From a virus: DNA of 64,000 nucleotides. The notes under the pieces were generated by a model. It had not been told where the DNA came from. It saw only the letters and a program-made list of their open reading frames with translations, and searched no databases. Of this stretch, positions 15,083-25,743 are shown in pieces; position 1 is the stretch's first letter, and each line of letters opens with the position of its first letter. Made by a program: the position numbers and the translations under genes. The stretch is taken from the IMG/VR virus record IMGVR_UViG_3300032235_000792; one strand, given 5' to 3'.

Positions 15083-16201
15083 ATGAAAAAGCTATTAGAA
15101 TTAGAAAAAAGACTTAGAGAAGCTAAGCAAGAGCTTGAGAAAGCAAAATCAGATAAAGGCTTATCTAACGATGAAAAGATAGCAGCAAGACAAGAAAGAA
15201 ATGTCCGCACTCCAAGTAAGAATAAGAAGACTATGGTTGGTTCTCCAAAAGAAACTAAAATGCCAGAGCAAACTTTCTTATCTGGCATGAAAGAGATAAT
15301 TGAAGAAGAGAAGAAAAAACCTCAAGAAAAATTAGCAGCTTCTCTAGAAGGTAGAGCTTCAGAGAATGAAGAATTATCTAAGACTTTAGATGAGACTATC
15401 GATAGACTGTTAGAGAAAACATCAGGTCTTAATAAGATCATGTCTTCTGGAACAACTCAGGCTGGAAGCGTTAATTCGACTGGCGGTTCATCTCTTGCAT
15501 CTCAGATCGGATTTGGTAAAGGCGAAGATAAGAAATTAGTCGGTGGTCAAAAAGAACTAGATGCAGATAAAGATGGCGATATCGAAGCTGATGATCTAGC
15601 TGCCTTAAGAGAAAAAAAGAAGAAGATGGATAAGGCCGAACACGAAGACGAGAAAGAAGACAAGGAGCTTATAGCTGAGGCACTAGATCGTCACAATGAA
15701 AAAAAGCATGGTGAAAAGAAAAGTGTTGATTCTGCTAAAAAAGAAATATTCAAAACTTTAGCTAATGGTCAATGGTCTATGCATAAAGCAGACGACATTG
15801 AGACTATGTTTCCAGCTTCTAAAAACTTTCCTAAAGAAAAGCCTGCTAAAGAAGCTAAAGAGCCAAAAGAAGATCAGCCAAAGATAGAGACAGAGGAAAT
15901 GTTCCCTGAATCTAAGAGATTCCCTAAAGAAGGCGAAAAGAAACTAAGTAAAGGTCTTGGCGCTAAGCTAGAAGAAAGCTCATGGAGAAGAGGAAAAGAC
16001 AAGTCTATGGCAACTAGACAGCCAGCAAAAGTTACAGATGTAAAATCTGGTGAAACTAAGATGGTTTCTCCAGGTGAGCAAGTCACTCAAGCAAAGGTTG
16101 CTAGAGCTTCAAGTAAGTCTGAGGCAAAAATGAAAGGTGAAGCTGCTGCAGCAGCTAGGCGTGCCAAAATGAAATCAGAGGCCGCAGCCGAAAAAAAATA
16201 A
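15083..16201 (+). CDS. K/E-rich low-complexity protein with EF-hand-like loop; possible internal head protein
   Basis: Start moved to MKKLLE (GAGG SD); DADKDGDIEADD loop. Confidence 0.75.
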   Translation: MKKLLELEKRLREAKQELEKAKSDKGLSNDEKIAARQERNVRTPSKNKKTMVGSPKETKMPEQTFLSGMKEIIEEEKKKPQEKLAASLEGRASENEELSKTLDETIDRLLEKTSGLNKIMSSGTTQAGSVNSTGGSSLASQIGFGKGEDKKLVGGQKELDADKDGDIEADDLAALREKKKKMDKAEHEDEKEDKELIAEALDRHNEKKHGEKKSVDSAKKEIFKTLANGQWSMHKADDIETMFPASKNFPKEKPAKEAKEPKEDQPKIETEEMFPESKRFPKEGEKKLSKGLGAKLEESSWRRGKDKSMATRQPAKVTDVKSGETKMVSPGEQVTQAKVARASSKSEAKMKGEAAAAARRAKMKSEAAAEKK

Positions 16202-16209
16202 GAAACCTT

Positions 16210-16239
16210 AAAACCCTCTTTTCAGAGGGTTTTTTGTTT
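16210..16239 (+). terminator. intrinsic terminator
   Basis: AAAACCCTCT/AGAGGGTTTT plus T tract. Confidence 0.85.
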
Positions 16240-16325
16240 AGCCCCATAAATGATACAATATATTTGGTTACATAAGTAACCGTTAAAAAATTCTAGGTAA
16301 GTGGAACCGAACCACAAGGAGATTT

Positions 16326-16853
16326 ATGTCAGGATTAAAACCGTCTTTTGTAACAGGTGCAAATGCTAAGATTAAGCTTGCAGGAAAGACAATGGCTTAC
16401 GCACAAGATGTTAGCTATGCAGTTACAGTTTCTACAATCCCTGTTGAGACCATGGGTCGATATGAGGTTGTTAATCATGAGCCAGTTGCTTATTTCGTAG
16501 AAGGAACTCTATCAGTTGTTAGATATACTAAGAACAGTTCTGCTATGGCAGGATCATCAGATGACGGCAACTCTACTAATAAATGGGGCGGTGCTACTGA
16601 TTCCATTGGCAAACCTGACCTAATGTTTAATCCAGGTCGACTAACTGCTTCTTCTACATTTGATGTAGATATATTTCAAAAAGGTACAGCAGAAGACATA
16701 AGTGTTGTAAAATTAAGAGACTGCAGATTCACTAGTAAAGGTGGTCAGCTAGATAAGCGTGGAATCTTAGTTGAAAGATTCGCATTTAACGCAATATACC
16801 TAGATGACGAAGGTACTTCTGTAAGCGGATCTGGAGATGAGGATCTAGCTTAA
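16326..16853 (+). CDS. tail tube protein (paralogue 1)
   Basis: Follows sheath; TGANAKIK..G..MAYA; ~175-aa beta-rich. Confidence 0.8.
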   Translation: MSGLKPSFVTGANAKIKLAGKTMAYAQDVSYAVTVSTIPVETMGRYEVVNHEPVAYFVEGTLSVVRYTKNSSAMAGSSDDGNSTNKWGGATDSIGKPDLMFNPGRLTASSTFDVDIFQKGTAEDISVVKLRDCRFTSKGGQLDKRGILVERFAFNAIYLDDEGTSVSGSGDEDLA

Positions 16854-16870
16854 TAAGCGAAAGGGCGTAG

Positions 16871-17422
16871 ATGTCCGGCAAAAAACCATTGTTTTTAACT
16901 GGTGCAAATGCCAAGATCAAAGTTAACGGCGTGACCTTGGCATATGCAGTAGATTTAAGTTATTCAATAAGAGTGGAGCATGCTACCCCGACTGTGTTGG
17001 GAATGTATGAGGCCAGTTCAGTTGAGCCTATAAGCTATTCTGTAACTGGTACATTCACTGTTGTTAGGTATGTGGCTGAAATGCATCAAAAAACTGGCGG
17101 AAACGCTGGTACCTCTAAAAAGGGAAACGGTGCTGGAACTTGGGGCGGAGATGCCGGTCTACTAAAGACGACTGGTAGAGCCTATGAAAGCTTTGTTCCT
17201 TCTAAGCTAAGCACATCTTCTTCGTTCTCAATAGAGATATTTCAGAAATACAACGGTGGCTCTATGCCTGTAGCCAAAATAAGAGACGCACGCATAACTG
17301 CCAGCGATTTTCAAATTGACAAGAAGAGCACTGCAATGCAGAGATTCTCTTTTACTGCCCTTTATGCAGACGAGGACAGCTTTATCGCTGACTTCTCTGG
17401 TGATGGCCAACAATTCTCATAG
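16871..17422 (+). CDS. tail tube-like protein (paralogue 2)
   Basis: Clear paralogue of 16326 (TGANAKIK, GTxxVVRY, KxRDxR). Confidence 0.8.
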   Translation: MSGKKPLFLTGANAKIKVNGVTLAYAVDLSYSIRVEHATPTVLGMYEASSVEPISYSVTGTFTVVRYVAEMHQKTGGNAGTSKKGNGAGTWGGDAGLLKTTGRAYESFVPSKLSTSSSFSIEIFQKYNGGSMPVAKIRDARITASDFQIDKKSTAMQRFSFTALYADEDSFIADFSGDGQQFS

Positions 17423-17429
17423 GTGAAGT

Positions 17430-17951
17430 ATGTCTGGAGAAAATAAGTTAGAGTCAGGTAGCGGTCTTAATTTAGCAGACAATCTAGCCTCTAATCTTGG
17501 TGTGTTTTCTATAAAACCTATAGCTAAGTACTTAAGTGGTGCAAGATGTACTCTTAAGGTTGGCGGTAGGATCATAGGGTTTGCTTTCTCTGTATCTTGG
17601 ACTGTAGAGACCAAAGTGACAGAAATACTAACTATAGACAACTATGAACCTCACGAGTTAGCACCATCTCGTATAGATGTTCACGGAAGTATATCTGGAT
17701 TTAGGATTCCGGGATCTGGTCCTGGGCAGCTATATATGCAATCAGATGTATTAAACTTCTTACATCAGCCATACATTGAAATAGAGGTTAGAGATTCTCA
17801 GACTGATGAGATTATCTTCATGACTAAGAGAGCAATGATAACAAATAGACAAGAAGCCATAAAAACTAATAGCTTAGCTGAATTAACTTTACAGTTTAAG
17901 GCAATAGGCTTTAGAGACGAGTTGACGCCAGAACCACCTAAAACATTGTAA
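17430..17951 (+). CDS. tail tube-like protein (paralogue 3, divergent)
   Basis: SGARCTLKVGGRIIGFA aligns with the N-termini of the other two. Confidence 0.7.
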   Translation: MSGENKLESGSGLNLADNLASNLGVFSIKPIAKYLSGARCTLKVGGRIIGFAFSVSWTVETKVTEILTIDNYEPHELAPSRIDVHGSISGFRIPGSGPGQLYMQSDVLNFLHQPYIEIEVRDSQTDEIIFMTKRAMITNRQEAIKTNSLAELTLQFKAIGFRDELTPEPPKTL

Positions 17952-18009
17952 GTATATAAATTATATTTTGATACTCTTGGTATAATGTCCTTAAATATAA
18001 GGAGCTACA

Positions 18010-18384
18010 ATGGATCTTCCTAAAAATGAAAAATCTTTCGCACTAGATCATATTGGACAAACAACTGGCAAGAAATATCAAGGTACATTTACAGTTAAAT
18101 GTGCTTTAAGCATGGCAGATAAAAGAAAGCTAGAAATTGAAAAAACTAGTCTTTCTGCTGACTTCAATAACCCAACTGCAGAACTCGCTGCAATCTCATC
18201 AATTATTGCAAATCTAAGAGTTAAAGTTATAGATGGCCCAGACTGGTTTAAACAATCTATTAGAAGTCTAGACATCCTAGACGAGGATGTATATCTAGAG
18301 ATTTTCGATAAATGCTTTGAAAAAAGCGAAGAATGGCTAAATGAAGTTAAAGCCAAATCTTTAGGTGAAGAAGTGGGAAACTAG
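18010..18384 (+). CDS. tail assembly chaperone (G)
   Basis: Between tube and tape measure genes; ends in slippery G GGA AAC. Confidence 0.85.
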   Translation: MDLPKNEKSFALDHIGQTTGKKYQGTFTVKCALSMADKRKLEIEKTSLSADFNNPTAELAAISSIIANLRVKVIDGPDWFKQSIRSLDILDEDVYLEIFDKCFEKSEEWLNEVKAKSLGEEVGN

Positions 18385-18405
18385 AGGCCGGTGAACTAGA
18401 CCGGC
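18375..18405 (+). other. programmed -1 frameshift site with stimulatory hairpin
   Basis: GGGAAAC 18375-18381; GCCGGT-N7-ACCGGC 18387-18405; -1 frame open to 18830. Confidence 0.9.
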
Positions 18406-18830
18406 TATCGATCCTAGATGCCATAAAAGACATAACAGACAAAGCAGCAAAAACGCCAATAGACGATGAACGATCTACTGAATTGTATTTACGTAGTTGG
18501 TGGTCTAAATTTTACAATAAACCCCTCAAAGATCCTATCCTAGATCAATACACTGTCTATGAGCTAATGTATGAATTTTACGATAAAATATCACGTAAAG
18601 TTGCAGAAGAAGAAAGAGCTGGGCAAGAAGCTGATAAAATAGAAGATAAGAAAATAGATGACACACTTAAGTGGATCGAAGAGGAAGAGCGCAAGGAGCA
18701 AGAACTGAGCGCTAAGAAGTCAAGTGATGCACCTAAAGAGTCTTCTGTAGACGACGAAAAATGGATGCTGGAGCAGCTTAAGAAGCAGCACGGTGATGAC
18801 TTTGGGGAAGACATAGATCTTAAATTTTAG
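18381..18830 (+). CDS. tail assembly chaperone frameshift extension (GT)
   Basis: -1 frame is continuous from the slippery site into the ORF-track 18483..18830. Confidence 0.85.
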   Translation, partial: LEAGELDRLSILDAIKDITDKAAKTPIDDERSTELYLRSWWSKFYNKPLKDPILDQYTVYELMYEFYDKISRKVAEEERAGQEADKIEDKKIDDTLKWIEEEERKEQELSAKKSSDAPKESSVDDEKWMLEQLKKQHGDDFGEDIDLKF

Positions 18831-18837
18831 GTAAATT

Positions 18838-21690
18838 ATGGCAGACGAAAATAAGAGCAATCGACCAGTTAACTCATCTGAAAAACCTGTAAATAAAATT
18901 TACGAGACAACTGCCGAATCAATAGAGAGAAGCTTGGTTGCAGGACTTGAGACTGCGCATCAAGACGTAGAAGAGAATATTCGGAAAAAGGGTATAGTAA
19001 ATCCGCAACAGCAAAGAATGATGAGAGCTCAGGCTCACGGTGCAGAAAAGAAAAAAGCGTCAAGATTACTAAATACGTTAGCATCGCCTAGCAGAATACA
19101 AAGTGAAGTGGCAACCCTAGCTCACCAAGAGGCAACCAGAAGAAATGTGTCTGGTTCGTCATTGATGGGTATGTCAGACTATCTTCTTGAACAAGGCTAT
19201 CAAGAAGATATGCTCCGAGCAAATGAACACAGAATGAAGGTAGCTAATTCAGTTAAAACGGCAAATATAAGCAGCGGTGGGTCTCCTCAGCTAAGCACTG
19301 CTTATCGCGAAGATTTAGCGGCGGGTGGATTTTACGCACAAGAAGCCGCTAAGAAAAAAGCAGCAATTAATGAGAGAAGAAGAACCGGCATAAGTGATGT
19401 TAAAGTTGAATCTGCAATACAAGAAACACGAGATAGACGATCTGTCTTTACGCAAGATGAAGCCCTTAAGCGGCAGATTAGTGAGAACAAGTTATCAAGA
19501 AAAGATCTTGAGTCTCAGTATGAATCAACATATTCGAAATTTGAAAAAATGGAGCGAGGGCGAGGTAAGTTAGCAACTCGCGCAGAGCAAATAATGGCAG
19601 AAAAGTCATTAAGAGAACAGGCGCTAAATCAAACTGTCGAAGAGCAGAAGATGTTACACGGCGGTAACAAGAGCGCTGCAGACATAATAAAAGATTCTCC
19701 TGCTTTACAGGCTGCACAGAAAGAGATTGAAAAACTAGAGAAAAATTTAGAAAGTGTTGGTAAGGCTGCAGCAAATGCAGATAAAGAATTACTTGGATAC
19801 AATCAAGAGCTCTCTAAACAAGAAAGAATGCTTAAGTCAATGCCAAGAGGCGGAGTTGGTGGATTCATGCAAGGTGGTGGCGGTGATGCTATCATAGAAG
19901 CCATGGGTACTGCATCTCAATTATATAGAAGCCAAATGGTTGGCGTGCCAATGCGCGAAGAGAGAGCAAAAGCCGGTATTGCTAATTTAGCGTTAAGTAG
20001 ATATAATAGACAGTTTGCAGCCACGCAAGGTGACATGGGTGCTTACTATGAGATATTGCAAGACAGAGGCGGTGCAGAAGCTTTTGGTAAACAAATGGAG
20101 CTGCGTGGAAAAATTTCAAGTGGAACAGAGGCGACTCTGAACGTTGCAGAAGGACTGCACGGCGTACTAGGTGTAGCTATGGGCAGCGGAGACACGAGTA
20201 AGTCTATGGCTGGAATAGCGAAAATGTTTTCCAAAGGTACTCAAGCAGGTGCTGCGGCAGTTAGAGGCGTTAATGAAAATGCGGTTGTCGGTGCAGAAAC
20301 TAAACTAGAAGCAATACTCACAAGAGATCAATATAACGCTGCTGTAGCCGCAATAAGAAGTCAAGGTGGTCAAGCTTTATACAACCAAGCAATGGGTGCG
20401 GCAAACATATCTGTTGGGTCAGGTAATGCGGCTGCACTTGAAGAAAAATTAAGCAGTATTAGTGGAATGCAGGACGCCGTTACTAGGGGAAACCTATCAC
20501 CTGAAGAATATAGACAAGTAACTGCTCAAGTTGGTCAGTCAGTATACGGTGCAAATCAAGATCGTGCAGACATAGCCATAAGAGCTGGCGAAATGCAGAA
20601 AAAAAGGGTAATGTCAACTGATCAATTTACTCAAGCTATGGGTATACAATCTGCAGCGGGTGGATCAGTTGGTGGCTTAGAGTCTACATTAAAAAGAGCA
20701 GTTGCAGCCGGTGTTAACGACTCTAAATTATTAGTTGAATTTGTTCAACTAAGCTCAAACTTAAATCAGAGCTTAACTGATATGGGTACAAGTGCAGAAA
20801 ATCATACTGCATATTCAAATAAAGTACAGCAGATGAAAGAAGCAGGCGTAAGTGAGGTCTTAGCGACAAGATCCGCGGCTTCTCAAATTGGAGCAATTGA
20901 CGCGATGCTTAGAGATACCTCGATAAATGAGGGATCTATTTTAAAAGCTGGTGTAATACAGAAAGCGCTTGGCCCTGGAGCCACAGACCTTGAAAGAATG
21001 TACTTGCAAAAAGCAGATACAGCACAATTGTCAATGCTAACAAAAGATACATTGACGGCAGAAGAGCGCCAATCACTTTCTCCAGTACAAAAAAGCATAA
21101 GAACTAAATTTGAGAAAGATCTACAAGCTTCACAAGGGTATGCAGCAGAGATGACGAACATTGCAGCAATGAGTGCTGCTGGTACTCTGTTCATGCAAGG
21201 TGCACCGGATGCAATGCAGGCAACACAGATCATGCTCAACCAGCGAGACACTAAGGAAAGGAACATAGTCAATTATAACGGTAAAACATCCGGTGCAGAT
21301 TTTAAAGATCAATCTGGTAAAGCGGAAGAAAGAGGACAAGATCAGGCTCAAGCAGCACTTAATCAAATAGTGCAAGCAGCTAAAGCATTAGGTGGAGTTA
21401 AGGAGACGTTCAGCGCGATAACAGATAGTTTAAAAATAATAACTGCAAATCTAGATTCAAATAAAGCAGCAACTGCTGCTCAAACAGATGCTGCAAATCT
21501 TCAAGCAAATGGTGTATTCAAGGCAGCAACAGATAAATTTGCAGCAGCTGTAGATCAAATGCAAACAAAGATGGGGATTACACCTGCTGAGAAAGCTGCA
21601 GTTGATAATACCAATAAGAATCCAGGTCTTGGATTTGAAAAATCTAAAGGCTCTAAGACCAATAATGGATTAAGATGGGGTAGCGGTTGA
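18838..21690 (+). CDS. tape measure protein
   Basis: 950 aa, Ala/Gln/Gly-rich helical; follows the chaperone pair. Confidence 0.85.
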   Translation: MADENKSNRPVNSSEKPVNKIYETTAESIERSLVAGLETAHQDVEENIRKKGIVNPQQQRMMRAQAHGAEKKKASRLLNTLASPSRIQSEVATLAHQEATRRNVSGSSLMGMSDYLLEQGYQEDMLRANEHRMKVANSVKTANISSGGSPQLSTAYREDLAAGGFYAQEAAKKKAAINERRRTGISDVKVESAIQETRDRRSVFTQDEALKRQISENKLSRKDLESQYESTYSKFEKMERGRGKLATRAEQIMAEKSLREQALNQTVEEQKMLHGGNKSAADIIKDSPALQAAQKEIEKLEKNLESVGKAAANADKELLGYNQELSKQERMLKSMPRGGVGGFMQGGGGDAIIEAMGTASQLYRSQMVGVPMREERAKAGIANLALSRYNRQFAATQGDMGAYYEILQDRGGAEAFGKQMELRGKISSGTEATLNVAEGLHGVLGVAMGSGDTSKSMAGIAKMFSKGTQAGAAAVRGVNENAVVGAETKLEAILTRDQYNAAVAAIRSQGGQALYNQAMGAANISVGSGNAAALEEKLSSISGMQDAVTRGNLSPEEYRQVTAQVGQSVYGANQDRADIAIRAGEMQKKRVMSTDQFTQAMGIQSAAGGSVGGLESTLKRAVAAGVNDSKLLVEFVQLSSNLNQSLTDMGTSAENHTAYSNKVQQMKEAGVSEVLATRSAASQIGAIDAMLRDTSINEGSILKAGVIQKALGPGATDLERMYLQKADTAQLSMLTKDTLTAEERQSLSPVQKSIRTKFEKDLQASQGYAAEMTNIAAMSAAGTLFMQGAPDAMQATQIMLNQRDTKERNIVNYNGKTSGADFKDQSGKAEERGQDQAQAALNQIVQAAKALGGVKETFSAITDSLKIITANLDSNKAATAAQTDAANLQANGVFKAATDKFAAAVDQMQTKMGITPAEKAAVDNTNKNPGLGFEKSKGSKTNNGLRWGSG

Positions 21691-23624
21691 TAACTAATCC
21701 AAATGCTGCAGTTATAATTTACAGCTATAGAGACAGACTTGGTTCTGAAAAAATAACCAATGATAATTCTGTGAGTGAAAACGAGGCAGAAGAGATGATT
21801 ATAACAACAGAACTTATTTCTGTAAGAACTAATAAGGTAAAATCTGCGCCCGCTGGTAATTTTGAAATACAACTTGCTCCATCTACAAACTGGATAACGG
21901 CCATAACTCCGGGTAGTTGGTGCGTTATTTTAATGAGCAGAGACGGTATAGACATACCAAGCACATCAAGCTCTTCAAGGTCTAGTGCAGCGAATACACA
22001 AAACGACAATGCTGTTGCAGGCCTGCAACAGCAGTCAGACAGTCCTAACATAGTAAAACAATCAGAGCTTAGAATGGTGGGTCGCATTGATAGTGTTAGG
22101 TTATCATCGCTCGTTTCTCAAGATGGTACTATAAGCAGTGCATATATAGTGACCGGAGTAGACTGGGGTTCTATTTTTGATAGTTATTTCTATTTAGATC
22201 AAATATATAAAACTAATTTCGACAACAGAGATGGCGGAATAATCTTAAGTAAGATATATGAAACCTACATGGCGCATGGAAGTGTAGGTAAAAAAAATAT
22301 AAAAAACAAAGACGCACAAAATTCAAGCAGTAAAGAAGAAGAACTGGTACCGCCAATAGAAAATTGGACGACAACGGCGACAATGAAAAAATTGCTGCTA
22401 ATTTGGGGCAATAGCGAAAAATTTGCCTCCCAGAGCAAAGAGGGAAGCCCGACTGCAAATCTTTTAAGTAAAGCGCTTAATCAATTTTCAATACCTGAAA
22501 AATTAGCGAGGTATCTTGGATTTGTACAAGACGGTAATGTGATAACGGCGATGTCGGAGTTAATAAAATTTAGAGGTGGCGTCCTTGTTGATAAAGATAC
22601 TTATAGCGATAAGGACGACGTATCTGATTTATCTCATAGTGATGGTGTTTGCTATTTACAGGCACAGAACTTATTTTCAATGAACACAGTGTGGCAAATA
22701 TTGGCCGCGCACTCTAATCCTACACTCAATGAAATGATATGTGATATTAGGTTTGAAGATGGCAAGCCTAACTTTACTTTATATAAAAGAGTAAAACCAT
22801 TCTCAATAAGAGACCCAAACTCTTTACCACAAGATGAAGTCTTTTTTAAAGAAACAGATGACCACAAGACGGCAAGAGAGAACTCCAGAAGTTATGCTAA
22901 GAGTTTGTTATCTAACTTTAAAAACGTTAGAAGAGTAGACATTGACATAGAAGATGTAATATCGATAAACGCGGGAACAAATTGGAAAGACAGGGTAAAT
23001 TTTATAGAAGTTAGATCCGGCAGATCAGAGCCATTTTTTCAGATGGTGGGAATATGGAACAGGACCGATTTTCAAATATTCGACTCTGGATCCGTGAGGC
23101 GCGATGGGCTGCTACCTATGGTTGGGGAAGTCTTCAATATGCCATTCACTGTAGATAGAAAAGGTGTTGACTACAACAACATAGCAGCATATAAATATTT
23201 ACTAAGAGAGTGGTTTTTCGATACACATAAAATGTTAAATGGGGCTATAAGTACAATTGGCCAAGACCAGTATATTCAGGTTGGCGATAACATACTAGTA
23301 CCAGCCAAGGCTCTTGGGGCAAGTTACAACTACAGCAGTAAAGAGAATGAAGAGTATCTTGCTGGTCAAGACTTGTACTTACTTGCACATGTAGAATCAA
23401 TAAGCCATAACGCACTAGTTGATCCTAATGGCGCCAGATCTTTCATCACAGATATCCAGTTTGTGCGAGGTATTATAGTAAGTACTTTTGCACTTGATGG
23501 GGACATCAATATGACTTTAGATCAAGACAGATACAAGATGAACGGATCTTCTATTAATAATTCAGTGACTACATCTAGTTACGCATCGAGCGGTAAAAAA
23601 TCTAGCAGCGATAAGGGTAATTAA
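21687..23624 (+). CDS. putative baseplate hub protein
   Basis: Synteny after TMP; NKVKSAPAGNFEIQL N-terminus; VESISH..FITDIQFVRG C-terminus. Confidence 0.6.
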   Translation: MITNPNAAVIIYSYRDRLGSEKITNDNSVSENEAEEMIITTELISVRTNKVKSAPAGNFEIQLAPSTNWITAITPGSWCVILMSRDGIDIPSTSSSSRSSAANTQNDNAVAGLQQQSDSPNIVKQSELRMVGRIDSVRLSSLVSQDGTISSAYIVTGVDWGSIFDSYFYLDQIYKTNFDNRDGGIILSKIYETYMAHGSVGKKNIKNKDAQNSSSKEEELVPPIENWTTTATMKKLLLIWGNSEKFASQSKEGSPTANLLSKALNQFSIPEKLARYLGFVQDGNVITAMSELIKFRGGVLVDKDTYSDKDDVSDLSHSDGVCYLQAQNLFSMNTVWQILAAHSNPTLNEMICDIRFEDGKPNFTLYKRVKPFSIRDPNSLPQDEVFFKETDDHKTARENSRSYAKSLLSNFKNVRRVDIDIEDVISINAGTNWKDRVNFIEVRSGRSEPFFQMVGIWNRTDFQIFDSGSVRRDGLLPMVGEVFNMPFTVDRKGVDYNNIAAYKYLLREWFFDTHKMLNGAISTIGQDQYIQVGDNILVPAKALGASYNYSSKENEEYLAGQDLYLLAHVESISHNALVDPNGARSFITDIQFVRGIIVSTFALDGDINMTLDQDRYKMNGSSINNSVTTSSYASSGKKSSSDKGN

Positions 23625-23626
23625 TT

Positions 23627-24724
23627 ATGTACTATACGGTCAGAGATTCATCAGTATTCCAAGATCCTAATAGCTACAGTGCATACAACAATAAAGAAAA
23701 TAGAATAATGGTTGGCACGGTAAGAGAGGAACTGTTTGACAAGGAGTCCAAGCAGACCAAATATCTCGTGGACGTTTGGCTGGACGGAATCACTATGTCG
23801 ATTGTTTGCTCTAACTGCACTAGATTCGGGGGGATTTATAATTATGAGGAGTACACTAGGCAAACATACAAAGTAGACGATAGCAAACGACCAGTCTCCA
23901 ACTCCGTAATTCCTGGTGATCATGTCATTGTCGCTTTCTTAGGCGGAGATGCTAGAGAGGGTGTCATATTAAGCGGATACAAGCACTTTGGTCGACGTGA
24001 GACTATAGATTTTAAAAAAGATTCAGCTAGCTCTCAGTTTTTGAATAGAGAAACTAAAATAGCAGCGACAAAGTATGCAAGTGAATTTAATGGTGTAGAA
24101 AAGATGATAAATGCAGACGGTGAGTATCGTGTGACATTCAAAGGACAGCCTACTAATCTTGCTAATTTAGTAGCAATAGGCGACAAAGAGATACCAAATC
24201 CCCAGTATGATACGTCAATAGGGTCTAGCTATTATGAATTTGATAAAACTGGCTCATACTTCATAACTGACAACTCTAAAGAAAACCCTCAATCAATAAA
24301 AATAGACAAGCAAAATGGTAAAGTTATTATAACATCTGGAAAAACTTCGCTCGTTATAGATAAAAAGGAAGAGTCTTACATCATAACAAATAAGAAAGTA
24401 ACTTTTAACACTGCTACGGAGTGGAATTTAAACACAAAGAGTACGAGTATAAAATCTTCAAATGTAATAATTGCAGAATCTAAAGATATAAAGACGACAG
24501 GTAAGATTACACAAAAAGGTGACGTCCAGATAACTGGAGGAGTTAAGCAGACCGGCAATAATGAGATAACTGGTAACTTAAAAACTACTGGTGAAACACT
24601 TCTAGCTGGTGGCTCTTTTCCGCTTATATATGATATAGTTCTAATACTAGGTGTGGGTAATGCAGGTGCACCTGTTGTAAGCAGCGCGATAGTACTTAAG
24701 ACAGCCCTAACAAAGGCAACGTAG
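23627..24724 (+). CDS. baseplate central spike (gp5/gpV-like)
   Basis: OB-fold-like PGDHVIVAFLGG; C-terminal beta-helix-type repeats (ITGGVKQTGNNEITG). Confidence 0.7.
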   Translation: MYYTVRDSSVFQDPNSYSAYNNKENRIMVGTVREELFDKESKQTKYLVDVWLDGITMSIVCSNCTRFGGIYNYEEYTRQTYKVDDSKRPVSNSVIPGDHVIVAFLGGDAREGVILSGYKHFGRRETIDFKKDSASSQFLNRETKIAATKYASEFNGVEKMINADGEYRVTFKGQPTNLANLVAIGDKEIPNPQYDTSIGSSYYEFDKTGSYFITDNSKENPQSIKIDKQNGKVIITSGKTSLVIDKKEESYIITNKKVTFNTATEWNLNTKSTSIKSSNVIIAESKDIKTTGKITQKGDVQITGGVKQTGNNEITGNLKTTGETLLAGGSFPLIYDIVLILGVGNAGAPVVSSAIVLKTALTKAT

Positions 24725-25743
24725 TGTCAATACTAAATACATTAGATGAAGAGATTGCCCGTAGAAAAGCAGCGTCTAAGACGCTAGAGCAAGCTGTTCC
24801 TGATTTAATACAGGCAGAGCAACAATTTAACGCGTTGGACCAGATTCATAGAACAAATGAAAAATCAGCAAGAGATACATTAAATAGTATCTATGGCGAG
24901 AATAAGTTTTATACTGGAAAAATACCTAAGGTTTATTCTTTCACCGAAACAGAAAAGTACCCTTTTTTTGCTGGATCTAGTGATGCCGACTGTAATCCCT
25001 ACTTTCCAATAACAAAAGTTCAAAATAAAACATTTGATGGTATAAGTCCGCTTTATATTCCACCAACTGGTGGAACTGGCGTCTGGAGCAGGGATATAGC
25101 TTTCCCTGGCACAATAGAGTCATCTCTTAGAAATGTTGCACTTCCTGCTATACAGGCGTTTCCTGACTTATCAAACGAAGTAGGTGCTGGTTACTGCTCT
25201 AATCCATCAATCACAACGCAGACTGCTTGCACCGCTGACGGTGGAACGTGGACTACCGAGTACGCAGCTGGATCAACTGCAACAGCCAAACTAAGAAATG
25301 CAGTAACTCCGTGGAGAGATCGAATACAGGAGATGCTGCCAAGCATCTATAATCAACCAGATAACTCTATGTATAATTTTTGGCAAGACATACTGAATAA
25401 GCTAAATGCTATATTAACGGCTGTTCAAGTGGATACTACGTACCCTGGCACAACTCAAGACTTTATTGCTGGCAGTCCAGCAGATACAGCAAGAGATTAC
25501 TTAGTAGCAAATATATCAAGTATAAATACACAAATAACTAATAGAATCAACTATTTAGCCTCAGAAGCGTCAAAGCAAGAGCAGATTTTTTTTGGTGTAA
25601 TTAAGCTTAGGTTGCATCAAGCTAATGGTTCTTTTGCAAAATTAAAGACAATAAAAACTCAGATATCTACCAACAAGTCATTGATAAATGACAATATAGA
25701 AGCCATCAGCTCCTTAAATCTTTTAAAGGTTAAAAATTCTTAG
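24724..25743 (+). CDS. hypothetical structural protein
   Basis: 339-aa ORF coupled to the spike gene. Confidence 0.7.
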   Translation: MSILNTLDEEIARRKAASKTLEQAVPDLIQAEQQFNALDQIHRTNEKSARDTLNSIYGENKFYTGKIPKVYSFTETEKYPFFAGSSDADCNPYFPITKVQNKTFDGISPLYIPPTGGTGVWSRDIAFPGTIESSLRNVALPAIQAFPDLSNEVGAGYCSNPSITTQTACTADGGTWTTEYAAGSTATAKLRNAVTPWRDRIQEMLPSIYNQPDNSMYNFWQDILNKLNAILTAVQVDTTYPGTTQDFIAGSPADTARDYLVANISSINTQITNRINYLASEASKQEQIFFGVIKLRLHQANGSFAKLKTIKTQISTNKSLINDNIEAISSLNLLKVKNS

